64,000 nt of DNA from Chrysomallon squamiferum (lineage: Eukaryota > Animalia > Mollusca). The stretch covers positions 7,502,001-7,566,000 of the forward strand of contig CM022667.1 of assembly GCA_012295275.1 (NCBI GenBank), read 5' to 3'. Below, one piece after another: positions 57,396 through 64,000 of the stretch (position 1 is the stretch's first letter; each line of letters opens with the position of its first letter). The notes under the pieces are model-generated. The model searched no databases and was not told where the DNA came from. It saw only the letters and a list, made by a program, of their open reading frames with translations. Both the position numbers and the translations under genes were made by a program.

Positions 57396-57550
57396 TAATC
57401 CATATTATAGTATATCACTGTATAGTGTGATGGTATGTCAGTGTATCATTTTGTTTTATTAGAAATTTATTGCAGTATTTCCTGAGTGTTAGTAATTATG
57501 AACACTATACTGATTATTATATTGATTATTTTGTACTTTTTTTTCTCCAG

Positions 57551-57620
57551 ACAAACAGCTGAAAGCAGTGACATTTGTTCACGAAATGGTCAAACACAAC
57601 TAAAAGTGACACATTTTAAG
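57551..57620 (+). other. Candidate 70-nt upstream exon of the GPCR transcript
   Basis: Acceptor TTTTGTACTTTTTTTTCTCCAG ending 57550, donor AAG|GTAAGA at 57621, same strand as the GPCR whose ATG follows an acceptor. Confidence 0.5.
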
Positions 57621-58788
57621 GTAAGACCAATACATCTCAGATTGTTAATTATTTGTCAAAGCTGATGTTACTGGAAAATGTGAGTACACAAAGGAAAATA
57701 GTAATACAAATTTACTTATCATTTCAAGACAACTTTTAATATCATCAGAATGACTTTCAGTACCAGTATAGCAACACGGTGAATACTTTCACTACTGTCT
57801 ATAAGAATGAATACTTTATATTCTTTGCAATTTAGATCTAGGCCTTGAAAAAAACCCACATTTTATTTGACCTTTTATAAAAATAACCACTGAAATAATA
57901 AAGAAGTGAGTTAAGATGTCAAAAATAACAATGTTAGTCGGTCAAGTGAGCCAAATTTTCAGAATTATCCAGTCATAGAGATAAACAGTACATTATCTGA
58001 CAAGCTTCAAAAACAATCAGTTCTCTATCTATATCTTTCTTCCCTCTATCTATTTCTCTGTCTCCCTCACAGTCTTTCTGTTTTATTTTTCCTCGATTTA
58101 TCTATATTTATCTATTTATCTGTCTGTTTATCTATCTCTCTATCTCAAACATGCACTAAGTTCAATTTAGGTTAATATTTTTGGTCTACTGACATCTGTC
58201 CCTGATGACTTTTATATGTGACTGACATGTTACTTATCTCCCTTGAGTAACACAAACAAAGAAAGCAAGAATAGTTTATTTCTGAAAAATGGACACTGAA
58301 TAATGTGTTTATTTCTGTACTAACAGAAAAGAACAGTTTAAATACCAAAATAGGTTTGCTAACCCCGATTTCCTACGTGTACTCTGGTCTAGGTTACACA
58401 AATAAGGAGTCCAAGAAAAATGTTCTCAAATTTAATCACATCACTGTAATCATGTGTTTGTTCCTTTTTATTACCAGCTCACTAAAGTGCTGCTGGCAAT
58501 AAACTGTTTTGAGCAAGTAACAACAACTTTTCATCATATCTGAATCACCGTGGAAACACACTAACATTACAGCTGTTATAATAAAAAACGAAAGTAATTC
58601 TCTATACTACTAAAAGATAATGCAATTCAAACAATTTCTAAAGTACAAATTTACATTAAAGGCTTTGAAAAATGAATTCAGTTGTGCTTTGACATCATGT
58701 AAGTCTGAAACAGGCAATTTTTTGATATTACTATTTCCATTCAGAACTTTATGGTGGAAAACAATTTATTCAAGCAGAAACATGGGAA

Positions 58789-58829
<41 letters not shown>

Positions 58830-58856
58830 CTAAGTTAGCCAACAAACAGAAGAGAG

Positions 58857-59141
58857 AAATGGTTAAAAAAGTAATGATGTATGAAAGTCACAGATTGTGG
58901 CTGTCCAACTACATCCAATTAGTGTGTGTGTGTGTGTGATTCATGATTCAGGGCAGATAATAAGAATTGTTGCAGTGAAATTGCTTTGTTATAAATTTAT
59001 TTGTTAATATTGTACATGATACTTTGTTATTTTGCAAACAAACTTTCACTCAAACAAACCTCTTGCTTGTATGTGTTAGTTATGAAACAGGAATATTTTT
59101 GCCATATCATTTATAATTTCTTACAGTCAATACATCAAGAT
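58857..59141 (+). repeat. ~285 bp inverted repeat, left arm
   Basis: Reverse complement of 61522-61812; also seen as near-identical peptides in ORFs 59001..59201(+) and 61450..61665(-). Confidence 0.95.
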
Positions 59142-59429
59142 ACCCTTGAAAGTGACTTAGTAACCTCTACTAGTGATTTTCTACACACCACCCGTGAATA
59201 GTGATGTGTACATTTCACCAACCGTAGCTTCAATGAAGAACCTGTTAATAAATCATCTTAGTTCATTGTAACAAAGGCAGAACAAAAGTTATCTGAATAA
59301 AAATGGTTATACTTCATTATTACTAAAGTATACAAAATCTGTTCAGCCTTTTATTTTTTTTTGTATCTAAGTTAAAATGTGCACTTTAAAGTTCAAGTAT
59401 TTTGTAAAGCACTCCCTGCAGATTGAAGT

Positions 59430-59890
59430 AATGTGATGTGTGAAACATGTGTGTGAAATGTGATGTGTGAAACATGTATGTGAAATGTGATGTGTGAAAC
59501 ATGTGTATGTGAAATGTGATGTGTGAAACGTGTGAAATGTGATGTGAAACATGTATGTGAAATGAGATGCATGAAACATGTGTATGTGAAATGTGATGTG
59601 TGAAACATGTGTATGTGAAACATGATGTGTGAAAATGTGTATGTGAAATGTGATGTGTGAAACGTGTATGTGAAATGTGATGTGTGAAACGTGTATGAAA
59701 TGTGATTGTGTGTGTGAAACGTGATGTGTGTATGAAACGTGATGTGTGCATGAAACGTGTGTGAAATGTGATGTGTATGTGTGAAACGTGATGTGTGTGT
59801 GAAACATGATTGTGTGAAATGTGATGTGTGTATGAAATGTGATGTGTTTGAAACATGATGTCTGTGTGTGTGAAATGTGATGTGTGTGTG

Positions 59891-59935
<45 letters not shown>

Positions 59936-59945
59936 ATGATGTGTC
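59430..59945. repeat. Minisatellite of GTGAAATGTGATGT / GTGAAACATGTGTAT units ending in (GT)n
   Basis: Direct reading; source of His/Thr-rich ORFs. Confidence 0.93.
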
Positions 59946-60019
59946 TGTCAATCACAAGAAAAACCTTTTATTGATCTCTTCCATTTACAGATATCTTATA
60001 TCTGTCATTATCATCCATC

Positions 60020-60090
60020 AGTACATCAAAATAATAGTCATACTTAGTACACCAAAATAATAGTCACACTTAGTACATCAAAATAATAGC
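60020..60090. repeat. 26 bp tandem repeat, about 2.7 copies
   Basis: AGTACATCAAAATAATAGTCATACTT. Confidence 0.9.
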
Positions 60091-60707
60091 TAATAGATTC
60101 TTATTTAAAACTAACCAGTGTTTACTGGTTTTGTTACTGTTATTTTTACTTTGGTTACATTGGGTTTTGGGTTGTTTTTTTTTTTTAAATTTTCTGTTTT
60201 TGTATTACAAATAAGCTGCTGTTAAAGATCACTAGGAAAGGAACTTTTAACTTGTAAGAAAGAAAAGCTTAATTTAATGACACAGCATATATGTAAATCC
60301 CTGAGTATATGACATTAACATGTAATTAAGTATCTTGCAGGTAGGCTATTTTTAATAGAAAGGTGGGTAGTGTACTCAGTACCTTCTTTACTAGAGACAA
60401 ACAAGCCATGGTACTACAGCTGTTCCAAGGTGAAGGTACTACTGCTTCTGCTGGTAAACACAAATCAGTGACAAAAGAAACTGGTCAATTATATGGTCAG
60501 GTCACAGATGTAAAGTGTCAAAGTGTTTTCTTAAAGCCAGCTACTTTGTGCAGCTTGTCTCCCAGTCAATTACCTGTGATAGAAGTAATTCATTTTAATC
60601 TCTCCCTTCATCTGTCCCTGGACACCAGTTAACGCTTAAACTAGGAACTGATGCTTAAACTGTTGTCAGTAACATAGCATTTTGTTCATATCTGTAATCA
60701 TTGGCCA

Positions 60708-60835
60708 CACATTTGAATTATACCATTATTACAGTGTATTTGAATCATACTGTCATTATGCTATATTTGAATCACATACCATCGTTAAAGTGTTTCTGAA
60801 TTATATAATCATCATTACTGTGTATTTGAATACAG
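60708..60835. repeat. Degenerate ~27-30 bp tandem repeat
   Basis: (A)TTTGAAT.ATAC.ATCATTA-like unit recurs five times. Confidence 0.65.
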
Positions 60836-61467
60836 TTGCAACAAATGTGGACTGATTATTGACATGTTTGAGCTTGTCAAAATGTGATGACTACACAGAC
60901 TGAGTGGTTTTAAATAGAAATATTGAAAAATATTTTGTCATTGTTGAAAGCACGAAGGAACCATTAGACATTCTCTGGAATCTGTGACCATTAGTCAGAT
61001 GTTCAGATTTGTCACCATTATCCAGCTTTCTGGATTTGTAACCATTACCCACAGAAAGATGAGTTTGTGTTAAGCGAAGTATCTGATTATTAAGTACTTT
61101 TACAGTGTGAAGTGGGATTAAAGCTGAATGGAACAAAATGTCAATAATGGAGCAATTTAATGTTTCCTAATCATGACCCATTTCTAAAATGAAAGATTTT
61201 TTGAAAAAAGCTACATAATGATATTTGTATTTAATATAGATTTTTTTTTTTTTTTTTTAAAGCACTAAATGCTTTGACCAAATATAAATCAGACTTAATA
61301 AGTCCCGTACATATAATAATTTTTTTTTTTGGTTTTTTGTTTTTTTTAGAAGGGATTAAAAACGTCAGCTGAGAAACAAAGGAGAGAGAATGAATAAATA
61401 TAGAAATGTATCAAATGTATATGTGACATGTTAGTATTCTGTAGCAAATTTAAAAATACTTTCTTTT

Positions 61468-61500
<33 letters not shown>

Positions 61501-61521
61501 GAAACTGGTGAAGAATGATGC

Positions 61522-61812
61522 ATCTTGATGTATTGACTGTAAGAAATTATAAATGATATGCACTGACAAATATTCCTGTTTCATAACTAAAACATACAAG
61601 CAAGAGGTTTGTTTGAGTGAAAGTTTGTTTGCAAGATAACAAAGTATCATGAACAATATTAACAAATAAATTTATAACAAAGCAATTTCACTTAAAAGTG
61701 TCCTGCAACAATTCTTATTATCTGGCCTGAATCATGAATCACACACACACAAAGAATTGGATGTAGGTGGACAGCTGTGACTTTCATACAGCATTACTTT
61801 TTTTTACCATTT
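61522..61812 (-). repeat. ~290 bp inverted repeat, right arm
   Basis: Reverse complement of 58857-59141 with small indels. Confidence 0.95.
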
Positions 61813-62189
61813 TCAAACATTTGTGACCTCCAGTAAATGCCAGCATTTGTGTCCACCTGGGTTACAAAATGTTTTTGTCATCAGAATGAAATCTAATTAT
61901 GTAAAGATGTCTAAAAATACATTGTGAAATGTAGAGAGAGTAACCAGACAAGTTAATAGCTTCTTTAGTCCCTGTACAAAAGAAGAAAAAAGGAGATTTG
62001 TCACAAAGAAATCTAAAAATAGTATCTTTACACCTTCAAATGACAGAGAAGTTGAAGCTAGCAGAGAGACAGGTTTAACTGTGTTAATACTGATCTGTGT
62101 TAAGTAATGTAATTTACATGCAGTAGTATGTGTAATAGAAAAGTGTGTGTGTGTCTTTTTTTTTTCATCATATAAATTTAAAAAACTTG

Positions 62190-62203
62190 TGTTTTGATTT
62201 CAG
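62190..62203 (+). promoter_or_regulatory. 3' splice acceptor immediately upstream of the GPCR start codon
   Basis: TGTTTTGATTTCAG|GAAAACATGG; the ATG has A at -3 and G at +4. Confidence 0.7.
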
Positions 62204-62209
62204 GAAAAC

Positions 62210-63409
62210 ATGGGCTGTACAGATAACTCCAGTATGAACAGCTCTGCTTTGTTGAAATCTACTGAAGAAATACGTGCAGACGAAATTCATCATTTCTTCA
62301 TGTCCATAGCAACACCAATTGTTTGTTCCTTTGGTGTCCTTGGCAACATTCTCAACCTGGTCGTTCTAACTCTGGAAAAATATAAACGCACACTCACCAA
62401 AATGGAGTTATCTGCCCATATGGGTCTGATTGCTCTAGCCTTCTCAGACCTGATGTTTTGTTCTTTAGCCCTGCTCTTCACACTTCTGCCTTTGAAAGGT
62501 ATTTACAGAACAGATGACTACATTATTTACTATGACTGGCTGGGCAGTGGTTTTATAACAATTTTCATAGTGACGAGTACGTGGCTCATTGTTGTGATGG
62601 CTGGTGAGCGCTACATGGCCGTCTGTCACCCCTTCAAAGCGAGGAAGTTGATTTCTCTTCGAAAGACTCGAATCAGTATAACTCTGATATTCATTCTGTG
62701 TGCTTTGTGTACTGTTCCTATATTCCTCGAAAACGAGATAGTTGAATGTGAAAATTCGTCATTCCTAAAAATTAACACAACGTTTACGGAGGATGTAGTT
62801 GCAGCTCGACGTCTTGCGTGGTCTGTGGTTTTCGACTTCATACCCTGCGCTGCTCTCATCTACTTCAACATCATTCTCATACAAAAAATCCGCAAAGCAA
62901 AGAAGCTGAGACAAAACATGGCCCCGCTGAGACGAGAGAACATGCTGAACGTGCGAGCGGGCAAACGAAACGGATCTGCCAAGTTCGCACTAAACATCCA
63001 CAGCCCCTCCAGGTCGTCAAGTCTCTCACACTCAAACGTCAACGGACGACTCACTGTCCAGCTGACTCGACGACGGTCAGCAGACAGTGCTCTCAACTCT
63101 GTCACTGCCACACTGGTTGCCGTGGTGCTCTTGTTCCTCATTCTGGTGTCGCCTAGTGAACTTCTCAAGTTTGTTCTGACTATCTCTTCAGTTGATGAGT
63201 ACAAACAGAAAATTGTCAAGTCAGTGACAAACTTCATGCAGGCACTGAACTTCTCGACAAACTTCGTCTTGTACTGTGCTATAAACAAGTCATTTCGAGA
63301 GACGCTGACCAAACTCATGTGTCTATGGTGGATAGCTCTTTTACCAAAGAAGAAAAGAAAACGTTCATCGGATTCAGTGACAAGTGATGAACGCAATAAG
63401 ATGATATGA
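62210..63409 (+). CDS. Class A (rhodopsin-like) GPCR, FMRFamide-receptor-like orphan/peptide receptor group; uninterrupted coding exon, 399 aa
   Basis: Seven hydrophobic segments; TM1 GVLGNILN, TM2 LAFSD, TM3 ERYMAVCHPF, TM5 FIP, TM6 FLILVSP, TM7 NFSTNFVLY, helix 8 KSFR; N-terminal NSS glycosylation sequons. Confidence 0.95.
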   Translation: MGCTDNSSMNSSALLKSTEEIRADEIHHFFMSIATPIVCSFGVLGNILNLVVLTLEKYKRTLTKMELSAHMGLIALAFSDLMFCSLALLFTLLPLKGIYRTDDYIIYYDWLGSGFITIFIVTSTWLIVVMAGERYMAVCHPFKARKLISLRKTRISITLIFILCALCTVPIFLENEIVECENSSFLKINTTFTEDVVAARRLAWSVVFDFIPCAALIYFNIILIQKIRKAKKLRQNMAPLRRENMLNVRAGKRNGSAKFALNIHSPSRSSSLSHSNVNGRLTVQLTRRRSADSALNSVTATLVAVVLLFLILVSPSELLKFVLTISSVDEYKQKIVKSVTNFMQALNFSTNFVLYCAINKSFRETLTKLMCLWWIALLPKKKRKRSSDSVTSDERNKMI

Positions 63410-63690
63410 AATTAACATGTTTTGTGTGTACATAGTCAAATTTATTGTTTGTTCAGTTAGGGTAAAAAGAAGAGAAAAAAAAAAGGGAACAAAAAATAAG
63501 AAGAAGAAGAAAAAGAAGAGAAAAAAGACAAGAAGAAAGACAAAATTAAAAATATAATTATGTAATAGCTTGAAGATGGAGCAGATTAATGTTCAAATAT
63601 CATTCTTCATCTAAAATATTTCAGAGACAGAATCTTGACACAGAAAAACATGACATAATCATGTACACAAATATATATATGTTCTTTATT

Positions 63691-63696
63691 AATAAA
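63691..63696 (+). terminator. Candidate polyadenylation signal
   Basis: AATAAA ~280 nt after the stop, followed by a T-rich TTTATTTA/TTGTT tract; weak evidence in AT-rich DNA. Confidence 0.3.
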
Positions 63697-63843
63697 CAAT
63701 GTTTATTTATTTATTTATTGTTACATAAATCAGTGACAGAATGAAGATTGCTTAGCATTAAAAATGTTATTTATTATTAATGTAAAAATGTTAATATCAA
63801 ACCATATATGAGACTTGTTAACATATAGTGCTTTCATTAACTG

Positions 63844-63875
<32 letters not shown>

Positions 63876-64000
63876 TAAAAAAAAAAGAATCAACATAAAA
63901 TTAAACTCAGGCCTTAGAGAATACGACAAATCAACTTAGGGTGCTGAATACATTGGCTGTCTTCAGATAAACAATGAGTACTAACAAAGAAAAGAGTGAA

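Noticed and set aside
59367-59955. His-rich 189-194 aa ORFs resembling metal-binding proteins
   Set aside because: Reverse translation of a TG-rich minisatellite, open in several frames
59001-61665. Apparent paralogous small proteins MLILYMILCY... and MLILFMILCY...
   Set aside because: They are the two arms of the non-coding inverted repeat; TTG starts, and similarity ends at the repeat boundary
62290-63396. ORFs overlapping the GPCR (62290..62481, 62626..62859, 62818..63156, 62860..63396)
   Set aside because: Shadow frames of a GC-richer coding exon; no recognisable domains

Overview
Eukaryotic, very AT-rich and strongly CpG-depleted animal DNA, probably a mollusc (inferred from the receptor family and decayed SINE remnants, not proven). 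Only one protein-coding region is supported: a single-coding-exon rhodopsin-class GPCR (62210-63409, +, 399 aa) of the FMRFamide-receptor-like orphan/peptide group, with a splice acceptor 6 nt before its ATG. The preceding ~62 kb is non-coding. It holds about 14 large unrelated minisatellite arrays, many microsatellites, two ~300-bp direct duplications, two inverted-repeat pairs and fragments of one old SINE family. Nearly all other ORFs in the track are repeat read-throughs. Best leads: candidate upstream exons and a promoter for the GPCR, a ~285-bp inverted repeat in its putative last intron, an SV40-type NLS and altered motifs in the receptor, a CG/TG/CA methylation signature shared by five arrays, and likely assembly-consensus chimeras. 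I see no CRISPR array and no convincing novel multi-gene system.
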